Assembly: GCA_001244265.2 (NCBI GenBank)
Contig: CDLV01000009.1
Coordinates: forward strand, 1,860,001-1,924,000
Source: Microbotryum violaceum
Lineage: Eukaryota
Direction of reading: 5' to 3'
DNA length: 64,000 bases
Below, piece by piece: positions 25,989 to 38,325 of the stretch (the first letter of the stretch is position 1; the number at the start of each line of letters is the position of its first letter). The notes below the pieces were generated by a model. It had not been told where the DNA came from. It was given only the letters and a program-made list of their open reading frames with translations, and searched no databases. Position numbers and translations under genes: made by a program.

Positions 25989-27638
25989 TCAGCCCAATCC
26001 CAATCCCAAGCCCATCGCCCTGAACCTCTCCTCCAACGCATCAATGTTCGGCATCACCTTTCTCAACATTTCCTTCTTCTCCTTCGTCGTTCTCGTCACT
26101 CTCTTCCCTACCGAAACCACTTCCTTCCCAGATCGTATGGTTCGACCATTCCCATTCGTCTTCCCGTTCGGTCTCCGAGGTGTGCGATCATCCTCCCCGT
26201 CCTCAGCATCCAAAGGACTCGAATCTCCCCCGTCCTCATCGCTCCCGCTCGCGTTCCCATTCCTAAACCTCCTCACCTTCACCGGTGTCTGAGGTACGAA
26301 ACCGCGCGAAGCATGCGCTAAACGTTCTTCCCTCGGCAAGACAAAAGTCTGTTTCGAAGGTGATTTAGTCGGGGGTGTTGAGGTGATTGGTGGAGGCGTA
26401 TGCGATCTTGAGTTGGGATCGAACTCGCTCGTAGAGGTAGAGGAGGATGGGCGTGAAAAGTTTAAAGTATGAGGTTCTTGTTCGGGTAACAAGAAGTAGT
26501 AAAGTAATTCAATAACTTTAATCCTGTTATATCATACGCGGCCATATCAAAAACCTTTTTCAAATCAGCTTTCGTATTCGTTTGCCCCACTTTCTTAGAT
26601 TAAGTAGGGAAAAACGTACCTCACGCTCTGACCGACCGTCTTATCCTTCAACAATCTTACAATAGTCGCCAATCCACCGACTCGTTCAAAAGTTCTCATA
26701 TTCTCCGGTCGGTCGACCAAAGCACAGAGAAGGGCTTCTAATGCAGCGAGTGATAATTGACTAGGGTCGTTCGTTGGATTTGGCCCGTTCGAGTGGGGAG
26801 TGGTACGGTTCGGAGGGGAGGTTGAGAGTGAGGAAGGTGGGTTGTGAGGCGTTCGAGGGATGGTGGGATGATGGGAGGTAGAAGGACTGGGGAAATGGAT
26901 TGGAGAAGGGGAGGCCGGTGGGTGGGATAAGAGTGGGGAGGAGACGTGCGAGGGACGAGATAGGTCGAGCACGGCTAGCAGGGACTGTGGGAGTTATGAA
27001 AACAGGGGGTTTAGTTTGACTGCTATTGACAGAATAGTAGGATGGGGTGGTTGGAGTAGAGCGTACCTGAAGGGCAGAGCGTCGAACGAATAGCGCTCGA
27101 CTTGGGCGATGCATCAACAGTAGGCCTTGTAATAAAGCCAAACACCGAATCAAGTTGGAACGAAGCAGATCTGCATCTGTGCATCGACAGCCGTCAGGTT
27201 CGGCGAGGGCTCCTACATGCATGTTTTGTTCGCAGGACGGACCGAGTTGATCGATCCTCGGCTGGGTCATGATCACGATCGAGCTGCCCAACCAATGCAA
27301 CAACACCATCGTAACTTACCCCGGTCATCCCCAAACGACATCAGCAAGCCCGCTTTACTTCATCCCATCAAGTACGAGGACGTACTGTTGTATTCGAACC
27401 TGTCCTGCAGCCTCAAGAACGCGTCGAGACGCGTCGTCGGCGTCGGCGTCGGCGTCTTGGGCCTATTACGCACGCGTTGACGCACACTTTCCTCTTCTTC
27501 CCCTTCTTCGTTCTCAGATCCGACTACGAATCCCGCCAATCCAACTTCCAAAGCCATGAGCGCACTCGCATGATCGGCCGAGTTGGAGGTGATGCACAGG
27601 AGGGCGTCGATGTGGTGCGTTAGCTCATCGGGGTCCAT
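25989..27638 (-). CDS. cdc14: Septation-initiation-network component Cdc14 (S. pombe type, not the phosphatase)
   Basis: FLRLQDRFEYN, LLQGLLLMHRPSRALF, LEALLCALVDRPENMRTFERVGGLATIVRLLK, LKVIELLYFLLLPE, RTTKEKKEMLRKVMPNIDALEERF: motif order of the CDC14 (SIN) family. Confidence 0.8.
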
Positions 27639-27792
27639 GACGGCCTGCCCGAAGCCGGGATGGCCGAGGGAGAGAGGATCAGAAACTTGCGCGCACAGAA
27701 ACTTGTCCAATGCGCGCTTCACCGAGAAGATTCGGATCGTTGACATTGTGCACTTGATTTCATTCACACATTACTTTAGCCCTCAACCCTCC

Positions 27793-29407
27793 TCATCTAA
27801 TTTCGACCCTCCCCAACCCCGACACCACACCAGCAACGTCCCTTCCCCCCTCCCGCTCCCTAAAAGGGTCCATCACCCTCCCCGTTCTGTCCCTCCAAAT
27901 GACTCTATACTCGTCCTTCAACCGGTCCAAATCACTCTGCAACGACGCGACATTGCTCGCCAAAGCTAGGAAAGACGTCGTTTGGGATTTCAACGTGGGC
28001 ACGATCGACGAAGGGTCGATCGAAGAGGAGAGGGAGGAAGGGGAGGATAGGTATTGTTGAATTTGCTATGGGGCATGATCATTCCGATTTAGTATTTGAA
28101 CGAGCCAAGCCCTCGGCGAGAGCAAAGAAAAAAAAAACCCACCTCGATCGTCTCTTTATAATTCTTCAAGCGAGCCTCAAACTCGTCCGTCTTGTTTCTG
28201 AAAAACTCGAACGGGAACGTTTGAACGGCTTTGGCTTGTTGCGCTTTCGGACCTTGAGGGTTTTTGAAACCTTCGACGATCCAAGTGGCTTTTTCAACGT
28301 CTTGCGCGTCTTGGTCGAGCCGATTTCGGACGGCCGAGACCGAGTTGGACGAGTGGAGCAAGAGAGAGGAGATCGCGGTCGCGTCCTGAAACATACGATA
28401 TCAGCCTTGGAAGCATACCTAACCCTCATCATTCCAACTTACAGCCGAACATTGCTGCCACTCGTTCCGGGTCTTTTCAATCTCCACTCCTAGTTCCCTC
28501 CGTTTGAGCTGTTCCGATAAATGTACTTGTTGTCGTACGAAAGAGCTGTAGTTTCGTTTCAGCCGCATTTCCCAGGCGTAGTCTAACGCTCAAGTGACTG
28601 ACTCTATCCCCTCAATCACCGCCCTGACGTTCTCGGGCAGATCATTGAACTTGGTCATCTTGTTCAGCGAGCTCGTCGACGCTTGCTGTTGTTGTGTCGA
28701 AGTAGCAAGTTGAAACCCTCCTTGTTGCTGTTGCTGTTGTTGTTGCTGAGGTTGGATTGTAGACCTGTGCACGATCCAAGGGTACAAATCGTGCACACAG
28801 CAAGCAGCCAAGCGAATCAGCTCTTTACCCCTCCTCAACCGTAACTCAAAGCCCATTCCAAAGAACTAACCCAAACAAACCCAATCTCTGCTGTCCCCCC
28901 AAACCCGTACTCGTATTCGTACCCAACAAACCTCCCATCATCGAAGTTGGCTGATTCGATCCTGCGAACAATCCTACCCCACCCGTAGGTTGAATCGACG
29001 TATTATTTGACCCTACGCCCGCGCCGCCGAATAGACCACCACCACCATTAGTGTTGGGTGTGGTCGTGGTCGTTGGGTTCGGTTGACCGAATAAAGAAGT
29101 TGTAGTTCCCCCTGGAGTGGACTTGGTACCGAACAAACTTGTTCCTGCTGATGAACTCGTCGCACCACCGAATAAGGAAGGATTCGTCCCTGAACTAGTT
29201 ACGGGCGTACTGGCACCGAAAGAGAAGGAAGGTGCGGAGGATGAGGAAGGGGCTGTAGAGCCAAAGAGGGAGGGAGACGAGGTCGAGGTGGAAGAGGTCG
29301 GGTTAGGACCGGCTCCGAAACTGTGCGGATGGAAAGAGTCAGTAGGGGTGTTTTCTGTTCGAGTGGTTATAGGATGGTTAGACTTGCCCTGCGGGCTGGC
29401 CAAACAT
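27793..29407 (-). CDS. FG nucleoporin, Nup49/Nup58-like
   Basis: MFGQPAG, SLFG/FSFG/GLFG repeats, TKFNDLPENVRAVIE, coiled coil FEARLKNYKETIE, C-terminal FLALASNVASLQSDLDRLKDEYRVIWRDRTGRVMDPF. Confidence 0.85.
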
Positions 29408-29931
29408 CGTTGGTTGGACAGAGGACCCTCGAGCGACGTGGGGGGAAACACGAAAGCCGCTCAACCAACCTTGCTCGTCACCCACCACATGCGCCTGGCT
29501 AGCTTTCACGCCGCGCACGGGCCTCGACAAAAACGCCCCATCTCCGAGTCGCCAAGCCACCAGTGCACCAGTCACCTGGCAGTGTGTTCAAATGCACTCA
29601 AGACACGAGAAAATTCCGCTGATATCCTCTTGACCAACTGATGATGCCAATTACACAACGCGGCCTCGTCAAGTACTAATGCTCGGCGTCGCAGAATTTG
29701 ATCCGTGATTGGTAATGACGTCCCATAGCAATGCTGCCTCCGCGGACCAACTCTTCTGTGAACTGTCGAGCTTTGATGCACGCCTAAGAAGACTCGGGAT
29801 TGATCACACAAAACAAAGACCATTAAAGAACCAGACATAAGATTGCACCAAACGAGAGAAAGAGAAACGGAAACTTTTTTTTTTTTTTTTTTTTTTTGCG
29901 CAATCAAGAACCTACCTAAGCCGAGCCAAAG

Positions 29932-32730
29932 TCATACCTTTTCGTGTCCAACTTGCACCACCCATTCAGATCCCTTTGGTTCGCCCCTTCCATTCCAGCA
30001 CCCTTCCATATCCACCTCGATCAATTGGCCCTCCTTCGTTTTGTCACCCCTCTTGATCCATTGCTCATCCACGCGTTCGCGATCCAAGACGAACACAAGG
30101 TTTTCGGATTTGTCGACGTAGAATCCAAGGTGTGAGCTGGCGAAAGCGAGGGTGATGCGCAGGCGGTCTTGACTGATAGGGAAGACACCAGCGAAGGTAG
30201 AGTTCTTCGCTTCTGAGACCTTCGCGTCTGCCATTGCTGAGGGCGACGAACCCTGGCATACAGCGATCTCCTTGATTGCCGCCAGTCCAGTCGTCTTGTC
30301 CGTCAGACCGAGACAAGCGATCTTGATCCCATCGACGGTGTAGGACTGAGCAACGGTGACCATCTGCGACTGCTTGGCTTCAACGTTGATCGTGATCAAA
30401 GGTGTGGCGCACGACCTCTGTGTGAGAACTAAATTTCTCGGGCTGATCCAGGAAGCCCAATCGTGTCCGGCGACGTACAACGCCACTGGGGCGGTGGCTT
30501 TCAGAGGCCCCAAAGCCTCGACGACGTCGTTCGAGTTGATATTGGTGAAGGCATGCGCTTCGTTCGAGCGGGTGTTCCAAGCGCCCAAATGCGCACCTTG
30601 CGCCTCGGGGAACGCCAGCGCCACAACGAAAGCTTGTCCCACCCCTTCGCCCATAACATCGTCGTTCAAACGCCCTTCCAATCCGGCTCCGACGCGATTC
30701 GTCGTCTTGACCAACCCAGCACCACCTTGCTTCGTCTTGGCCAAAGCAGCACTCCATCCCTTTTGAGGATGCAAGGGTCGGGTCATCAAGTCGGTCGAAT
30801 ACGTCGGAGCGGGAGAAAATGAGCGGAACGGGATGTGGTAGTCCTGTCCCCAAGGATGCAACTCCTCCCCCATGTCAAAATCGGGGATGAGCTCGAGCGC
30901 GCGGATAAGGATCGTGTTGGTCCCGTTGACGTAAATGTGCCAGCGATGAGAGTCGTCTTGCTCAGGGAAGTAATCGTCCGAATTGCGGATCACCGATTTC
31001 GTACCGTTGGACTTGCGAAGAGCCAAAGCCCCACCCCAGATGCGAGGGCTTCCGGCCATGCAGTGGATGGTCGTGCCGTCACCAAAGACCTCGTTCGACA
31101 TCTTGCGCATAGCACGATGCATCGCATTCCTCAACTCGCCTACATCGTCCGTTCCACCCGCGACGAGGTAGTCGGGATGGGCCTGATCATCGACCTTGAC
31201 AAAGTCGACACCAGCAGCCTTGAGCGACTTGAAGTAATCGCTGTAGTACTCCTCCAGTCGGTCGATCGAGGGACGTGCCACAGCGCGATGGCCTCGTCCC
31301 AGAGCTCCGAGTGCAGGTTCCATTGTTGGAGATCGTAGCGTGCCATAGGGCCCTTAGGCTCAAGGCCATCCCAGTAACCCGCAATGGTCATCCAGACGCC
31401 GACGCGCTGAATGCCCTTGGCTTTGATTCGCTTGACCGCGTTCGTCAATTCAGGACTGGCGATGGAATTCGATACCGGCGTATTCAGGGCCGAACCGACG
31501 TCGTACCAGCTCGGACGGACGCCGAACGAGTGCAAAGTCTGTTGTGGATGACCATGGCGCCCGCCATGCTGCCAAGAAGCCTGTTTGATGTCCTGCCATC
31601 CGTCGTCGAGCAGAATCGTATCGAGGCTGGCGGCGAACAAGGGCGAACTCGTCGACGGTGAGAGCAGGGAATCGAGCCATTTGAGGACGTCAGAGAGCTT
31701 GTAGCTGCAGAATAGCAATTTGGCGTGTCAGTGTTTGGCACTTTACAATCTGGCAAAGTGATGGGCAACAACGTACGCTGCCAGCCCAAGGGCATTCCAA
31801 GTGCAAACTCGCACACCCTGAGGAAACTGCGCCATCGGTGACGGAATCTTCACCATCGCTTGATCGAGGTCACCACCGAGAGCCTTCTTGGCGGTCTCGA
31901 CGCACTCGGCCACTAATTCCTCCAAGTCCCCCTCGACGCCTCGCCCGATAACTACGTGACCTCGGACACCCGAAGCGCCTGTATCCCGCATGCACCTCAG
32001 CCAAACTTTATCGTCACCTCCTCGAATAGTGGACATGACCTGATCCGTCGTGAAAGGGAAAAGGGCTAGGATCGGAGCGTTCGGTGAGTCCGTGGTCGGC
32101 TTGCCGCGTAAGTAAACGAGTTGAGCCTCATATTCGGTCGAGAGGCACGAGGTGGGCGGTCCCGGTTGGAGTTCACGAGCGAGGTACCAGATCCGTCTAG
32201 ACGCATAGGGATGTGATGTCAGCTTCGAAGCCAGGAAGAAAAGAAGCGACGAGAACAACTACGCACGAGCTGCGCTCCCAAACGACGCCTTCACTCCAAT
32301 CTTGGGCCGCGATTTCGAGATCAAACGATTCAATCGCATTGCTTTTCCCATCTTTGAGGTTGAACGTCTTGAGCTCAACATGCTTCTTAGATTGTCTTAA
32401 ACTCTCATTGACGGTGACGAGTTGGATGGTACCTTTCGTACCAGAAGCATCGAGCTCGGCGTGGTCTTTCCTATAGATGAATTGGTAGGTCCCCGGTTTG
32501 GCGTTGCTCAGATCGAAGGAAGCGACTTGGACTTTGACCTGCGCATCGGCGGTCGATGATAGTGATGTGACGACAGCGAAAGGAAGTGCAGACCAGGCGC
32601 CAGAGAGGTCGGTCCAGACCTCGAGATTGCCGGAAGCAGAGTCGAATCCCGTGTACGTGAAGTAGAAGGCCCTTGTGTCTGCTGAGAGCGCGACGACCTC
32701 GGCCGCGCCGAGAGCGGGTGAAAAGCTCAT
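29932..32730 (-). CDS. GH36 Sip1/raffinose-synthase-like alpha-galactosidase, with apparent 1-nt frameshift at ~31271
   Basis: Motifs VCTWNALG, ILLDDGWQDI, VGVWMTIAGYWDGL, GVDFVKVDDQA, IHCMA, IRNSDDYFPE, PDFDM; frame switch between ORFs 31140-31718 and 29932-31323 with no intron seen. Confidence 0.85.
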
Positions 32731-34313
32731 GATATTTCTCGATCGAATATGCCGTCTTCTGCAACACTATCAGGGATAAGGGATAGAATTGAATCAGTAT
32801 CTGTTGAAGCACGTGTCCCCTCTTCTGGTGAGGTTCGACTTTGTCGGGATGGAAGCATACAGTCCTGCGGTGACCTTGGCGCGTGGATCCACGTCGCGCC
32901 ATTCAGCCGGGCCGGTCAAAAAAGATCAACCGTTCGAAGAGTCGCGGAGCCCCACGTGGGACGACCCCCGCAGGGTCTGCGCGGGCCACGTTCAAGTTGG
33001 TCTCGAGTGCACCAGTGCTCGAGCAAGCACCAGTGCGCCAGACCATCTAAACACTTGGTACACAGGCAGATGAAGAAGCAAGCCCTATCTCCAATGTTCA
33101 GGTTGGTTGGAGAACCATCGCAACCCGACTCCTCGACCAATGACACCGGGCTCGGTACTAAACGAACCCAGCGCGCCAGTTCATACGAGGACAAGTCACG
33201 AGCGATATGACACGACATGCGACAGTTCATCGAATATGATGCACGTACCTTCTATCCGATGTGCGAATACGGAGCGCAGGGATTGTGGTGATTGGGGCTG
33301 AAAGGATGTAGAAGGAGAAGCGCAAAAGGTGCACCGGCGAAATGAAAGTTGTCGCGGCTGATTCCAGCTGGTGGCCGCTTCGTCAGCGGGTAAACTCCGC
33401 AGCCATCGATTAACTTTTTCGCGTTCCATTGTGGAAGAAGTTGGAGTGTTGATCTAGTCTAGAAGTGACTTCCCTTCCAGGCTCTGCTTGCACTCAATCC
33501 TAAATAACTTCAGATACCAATAGTTGGGTACCGAGAGGAACCGGAAATGTCCTCACGAGGGCGTTATAAAAGTGGTCTCCGGGTCGGAAGACAGGCGCGT
33601 CGGGCTTGGCTCTCAAATCGGGCAAAATTAATTCGGCAATTCTCGTTGCCAAACGCGCTTTCTGTTGTATCCCCTTGTAGGTACGAGAGCCTCCAAGCTG
33701 AACGTTCAATTTTTCCGGTCCAGATTCTGCCGTTGGCTGGACCACTCCCTTGCATCAACTTAAACGACTGAACCTCCCGCGCAGGTTTCCCCGGCGCGAC
33801 GATCAGCTGGGGCCACAGTTCAGATTTGCTTCATTATGGGGTTCCCGCCGCCCCGGTTTCACCTGGGGCCCCTGCAAGAACTTGGCGCGGGATGATGAGC
33901 TGCCAGTGGCGCTGGGGATCAGAAGATCCGGTCCGGTTGAATTACCTCATCACGAGGAACACGTCCCCGGATGGATTCGTTGGCTTTGTCGATTAAAAAG
34001 TGGTCTCCTTCATCTGAGTATTTATGGCTCGCTAGACCTTGCGATCTGCGCTCCCGGCGGCGGCCCGCCGGACTTCGTCGCCCCAGCCCCAAGCTCCGCA
34101 AATTGGGGTGCCATCAAGTGTTGAGTTGCGCCGAAGCATGAGTCTGGCCTTAGTTTTCTTCATTGAGAGGCTTCAAGCTTCGTAATTCATCGATTCTCGA
34201 TCTATCTCTTTACGGCAATCGTATCTACACTCCGCGCGTAGGCATTGAAGGAGTCTATGCGAAGATTATGTACAACTTGGCACCCAGACATAATCGCGCT
34301 AATAGCTCGTCAG

Positions 34314-34420
34314 TTTGGGCTCACATAAGGTCGGATTTTGGGCCCACGTCGGAGGCGACTCTGGTCCCACATCGGAGGCAACTTTGGGATCACATCTGAG
34401 CGGACTTTGGGATCTCGTCG
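34314..34420. repeat. Degenerate 23-bp tandem repeat (~4.5 copies)
   Basis: TTTGGGCCCACGTCGGAGGCGAC / TCTGGTCCCACATCGGAGGCAAC / TTTGGGATCACATCTGAGCGGAC etc. Confidence 0.75.
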
Positions 34421-34832
34421 CGGAACAAGATCAAGGCGTACGCGAGGGGCTCGAATGTGGGGTCGATCCACGACTCGAGCGCCTTCTGGGGCTGGGTGTC
34501 GTGGTCGTCGACGAGTTCGTAAGCACCGACTTTCTTTTCACTTTTTCTTGTCCTCTTCTATTGATAAGTGCTGGAAAGACGAATCATTCCTTGGTCAAGC
34601 GGGAGAATGAAATCTCCACCTCCGTTGGGAACGACTGTCATAACGTCTTCGACTTTTACTTCTTCTCAGCTGAACTAGCCAGCTCGCCAGCGATCGTTTG
34701 CAGAGCCTCCTCTCAGTCGAAAGTAGTAAGTCTGTTCCTCTTCGTCGATGGCGAATCCCGTACTCGCAAGCTTTTCATCAGCTGTGGGGATTTATAAAGC
34801 AAAACCCTGTCGATTATAGTCGTTCGGCGAGA

Positions 34833-34882
34833 TGAGAGTGCGAGAGTGCGAGAGTGCGAGAGTGCGAGAGTGCGAGAGTGCG
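34833..34882. repeat. (GAGAGTGC)n microsatellite
   Basis: About six tandem GAGAGTGC units. Confidence 0.95.
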
Positions 34883-34959
34883 AGTGTGCACTGTGCGAGT
34901 GTGCGACAATGCGACAAAGGAAGAGAGAACGGCGCGGGTACAGTGCGAAGTTCCCAAAA

Positions 34960-35075
34960 TGTCGCAAATGGAATTCCTTTATTTGTGCGATTAATTGATG
35001 AAGCATCTTCTGGCAATAAAAACGTTTGAAGGGGTCCCAAATCGGCCCGTCGGCAAGCCGTGCCGCCTCCATCAG
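34960..35075 (-). mobile_element. Possible decayed DDE (pogo/Fot1-like) transposase fragment
   Basis: LADGPIWDPFKRFYCQKMLHQLIAQ resembles the QPLD-G-I-x2-PFK-x2-Y motif of DDE_1 transposases; short and degenerate. Confidence 0.3.
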
Positions 35076-35390
35076 CCGCGGTCAGCGCTTGGGCCGAGTA
35101 TGACTTAGTGGAAACTACAACTTCCAGCGCAGCAGGAGTCTGTAGCAGACACAATACAAGATATCCAAAGATATCTAAGGAAACCCCCAGGGGCTTATCT
35201 ATCTATCTAAGATATATTTGGCCTCTAGATAATAAGTCATCTATATCTGAGGGAGATGTACTAAGGTAGATATCTAGACATCTAATGAGGAACCCTGTTG
35301 ACCAGTACCCCAAAAAATGCAGGCACCTTCAAAAGATGCATGCGCCGAATCCTGTCTTTCAACACTCCCACTGATTCTAGCAAAGGCCGG

Positions 35391-35999
35391 GTCGAGGCGT
35401 CGTGCATCAGACCATCAGTCGGTGGATCGACTTGCTGGAGGGAACGATCCCGAGTGCTCTGAAGGTCTTCTGCATCACCTTTTCGCAGTCCAGTCGAGCC
35501 TGAGTTGCCTCAGTGGACCACGCTGGAGGATTCGCGGTTCCTCCAGTGACCGTTTCACGCGTTTGCGTGTTGAGTGATTCGTCACTCGCGCGGTTAGCAC
35601 CCAACGGGTCGTCGGGCGGGGGCGCATGGGCGCTGGCGGATCCGGCATCGGTTGTTGGTGTTGTAGTGAGTTTCTGTAGTGTAGCGTGTGTAGTTGACCT
35701 CGTACCCCCTTAAGTGTTACAAGACAACACCAACACCTGATGTCGGATCCGCCCGGCGCCTATGCGCCCCCGCCCGACGACCCGTTGGGTGCTAACCGCG
35801 CGAGTGACGAATCACTCAACACGCAAACGCGTGAAACGGTCACTGGAGGAACCGCGAATCCTCCAGCGTGGTCCACTGAGACGACTCAGGCTCGACTGGA
35901 CTGTGAAAAGGCGATGCAGAAGACCTTTAGAGCACTCGGGTTCGTTCCCTCCAGCAAGTCGACCCGCCGACTGATGGTCCTGATGCACGACGCCTCGAC
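35391..35999. repeat. Inverted repeat IR1: arms 35391-35664 / 35724-35999, ~59-bp spacer
   Basis: Arms are reverse complements (~95% identity by eye, with a >100-nt perfect stretch). Each carries the 5' end of an ORF (MSDPPGAYAPPPDDPLGANRASDESLNTQ...) pointing outward, tentatively gag-like; TGTAAGGGG (LTR-like start) abuts the right arm and ...GTGTTACA lies in the spacer. Confidence 0.95.
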
Positions 36000-36279
36000 T
36001 GTAAGGGGATGCCTTACAACTTACAAGAACAGCCCCATAAGTAGCCTGTGAGTAGCTAGAATTATCGAGTTCTAGTTACGACTTGCTTTTAGCTAGCGGT
36101 CAACAACGACTAATTGTGTTTTATGCACACCAGTGCGAACCCGTTAAATTACCGGGAGGATCAAATTAAAAAATCGCAGGATAATCGAACAGTCTACACG
36201 ATTCCAGCGCCGAGGTTAAGAAAACACCTTACGAAGTACAGCAAAGAAACGAAATCCATTCATCCTACATTCATCGCCG

Positions 36280-36745
36280 AAACAGCCTGCATGTCGCTTG
36301 TTGCCGGGCTTGGCTTCAAACACTTGTGCAATGAGATCCGGACGGTTGCATGCTTTGTCATTCGGCCCCAGTGCAGCCTTGATTTCCGGTGCTTCGGGGT
36401 CGTACGTCATCGTGATGAGCAGCGGAGGCTTTCCATGTTTGAGAACGCACGCCATCGCATCCTGGTATCGCTGCGTGATGTCGCGCGGTCTATTCTTAAA
36501 CGTCGAGCCCAAGGTCATTGAACGTCCAATTTGGTTCGGGGTCAAGCCGTTGATGCCTCAGGTCGTGGTGAAGCGTAGGTTCTCTTGATGCAACCGGATG
36601 TTTGAGTCGATCGGTCTCGGCTTGGGAGTATATCCGTAAATCACAAACTCCAGGAAGGGACATTGGGTGCAATGCGGGATTGAGAAGTACTCGTCGCGTT
36701 TGGCAAGTAGTGCGCAAAGAATTGTGAACGCGAGACTCGCCACCT
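36280..36745 (-). mobile_element. Helitron Rep/helicase fragment (decayed)
   Basis: IGRSMTLGSTFKNRPRDITQRYQDAMACVLKHGKPPLLITMTYDPEAPEIKAALGPNDKACNRPDLIAQVFEAK matches the Helitron_like_N consensus (LPSSF.G.PR...YQDAMA.V...GKPDLFITMTCNP.W.EI...DRPD..ARVF); internal stop upstream. Confidence 0.9.
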
Positions 36746-37283
36746 CGACCCCTTGACTTGACTTTCGTCCTAGGTGTTCAAAAGTTCAATGTCAGTCTGT
36801 GCTTGCGCCTTAGACAGAATGGAACATCCGAGAAAGAGCCGAAGACGCGTACGTTCGCCATCACCACCCTCTTCGTCCTCCTCTTCGCCTTCGTCATCAA
36901 GACCGAGACCGGCAAGTACCTCGCGCGATTGGACACCATTGTCGATCTGCTCTCGGTTTCTGGCGATTGGCAGCCCAGCTTGGGCAACCCCGCAAAGAGA
37001 AATGTTTGGTTGGAAGCCATCTTCCCCTGCAGGAAATAGTAGTGGCTACCGGAGAGGCAACTGCAGGGCCGGAGGCCTTTGCCCGAGGTATTATGGAAGG
37101 CGATGGAGCTTTGGACTCAGTTGGATAGCTTGCGCGCGCCTAGAACCTCTCTTGGCTTTCGCCAGCTCACTGACCCGAGGTTCTAGACGTGAATTACCAC
37201 TATTTGATCCTGTCTATCGTCAATGGAAGCACCGCCTGCATCGCAATACTACACATGTGAGAAAAGGGGCACCCACCTAGAAC

Positions 37284-38325
37284 CTTCCAGGCCCTCAAGG
37301 AAAAGGACATCGAGCTCGAGCGGCAACTCGCCAAGCTCAGAGGCACCATCGACCCCGACTCCTTCAACAAGCGGTTCTCCGACGCTATAACTGACTCGCA
37401 TAAGGAGCTCTGCCGAGTCCTTACTTGGCAGTACGTCTCGATCTGTCGGCGCCTCCTCAGCTTATCGTCGAAGGTCGCCTAGACATCCCCAATTCGTACA
37501 TTTCTTGTGTCGTGCCGGTCGATTTTAGATGCCATGATCTTGTCGTCACTGTCCCAGAAATCACCGTCGCGGACTGTGCCAGGCGCCCCATGCCGTTCGA
37601 GCTCATGCCCGACCCTACGCGACGCTTCACCCGAGGCGAGTTCCACTACCTGACCGATGAAGAACTGGCCCAATTATCTCCGCGCCGGCTTGAGGAAGTG
37701 TCCTTTGCGTTGCCCGCCAATCGAGAGGTAGTGGTACCCAAAAAGCCCCGAGCAGTGATGGAGTTGGTCCTTACTCCCGACACTCAAGATCCCGTCGCGA
37801 AGCAAGAGGATGTCGATATTGAAGTCCCAGACGTACACGACCCAGTCATCAAAAGGGAGGAGGCCGATCCCGAAGTCAACAGCGTACGCGACCCAGCCGT
37901 CAAGAAGGAGGAGGCCGATCCCGGAGTCGCCAGCGAGAGCGAAGTCTTGTCGTTGTTTGGTAGTGGAACTCGCCTCGGGTGAAGCGTCGCGTACGGTCGG
38001 GCATGAGCCCAAACGGCACGGGGCGCCTGGCACAGTCCGCGACGGTGATTTCTGGGACAGTGACGACAAGATCATGGCATCTAAAATCGACCGGCACGAC
38101 ACAAGAAATGTACGAATTGGGGATGTCTAGACGACCTTCGACGATAAGCTGAGGAGGCGCCGACAGATCGAGACGTACTGCCAAGTAAGGACTCGGCAGA
38201 GCTCCTTATGCGAGTCAGTTATAGCGTCGGAGAACCGTTTGTTGAAGGAGTCGGGGTCGATGGTGCCTCTGAGCTTGGCGAGTTGCCGCTCGAGCTCGAT
38301 GTCCTTTTCCTTGAGGGCCTGGAAG
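37284..38325. repeat. Inverted repeat IR2: arms 37284-37650 / 37959-38325, ~308-bp spacer
   Basis: 367-bp arms with about 6 mismatches by eye; both carry the same unknown-gene fragment pointing inward. Confidence 0.97.

Noticed and set aside
35150-35297. TATCTA/TAGATA-rich stretch ending AGGAACCCTG as a hAT TIR
   Set aside because: No partner TIR or TSD found in the window.
37260-37283. Helitron 3' terminus (CTAG)
   Set aside because: No clear sub-terminal hairpin, not followed by T, and opposite in orientation to the nearby Helitron fragment.
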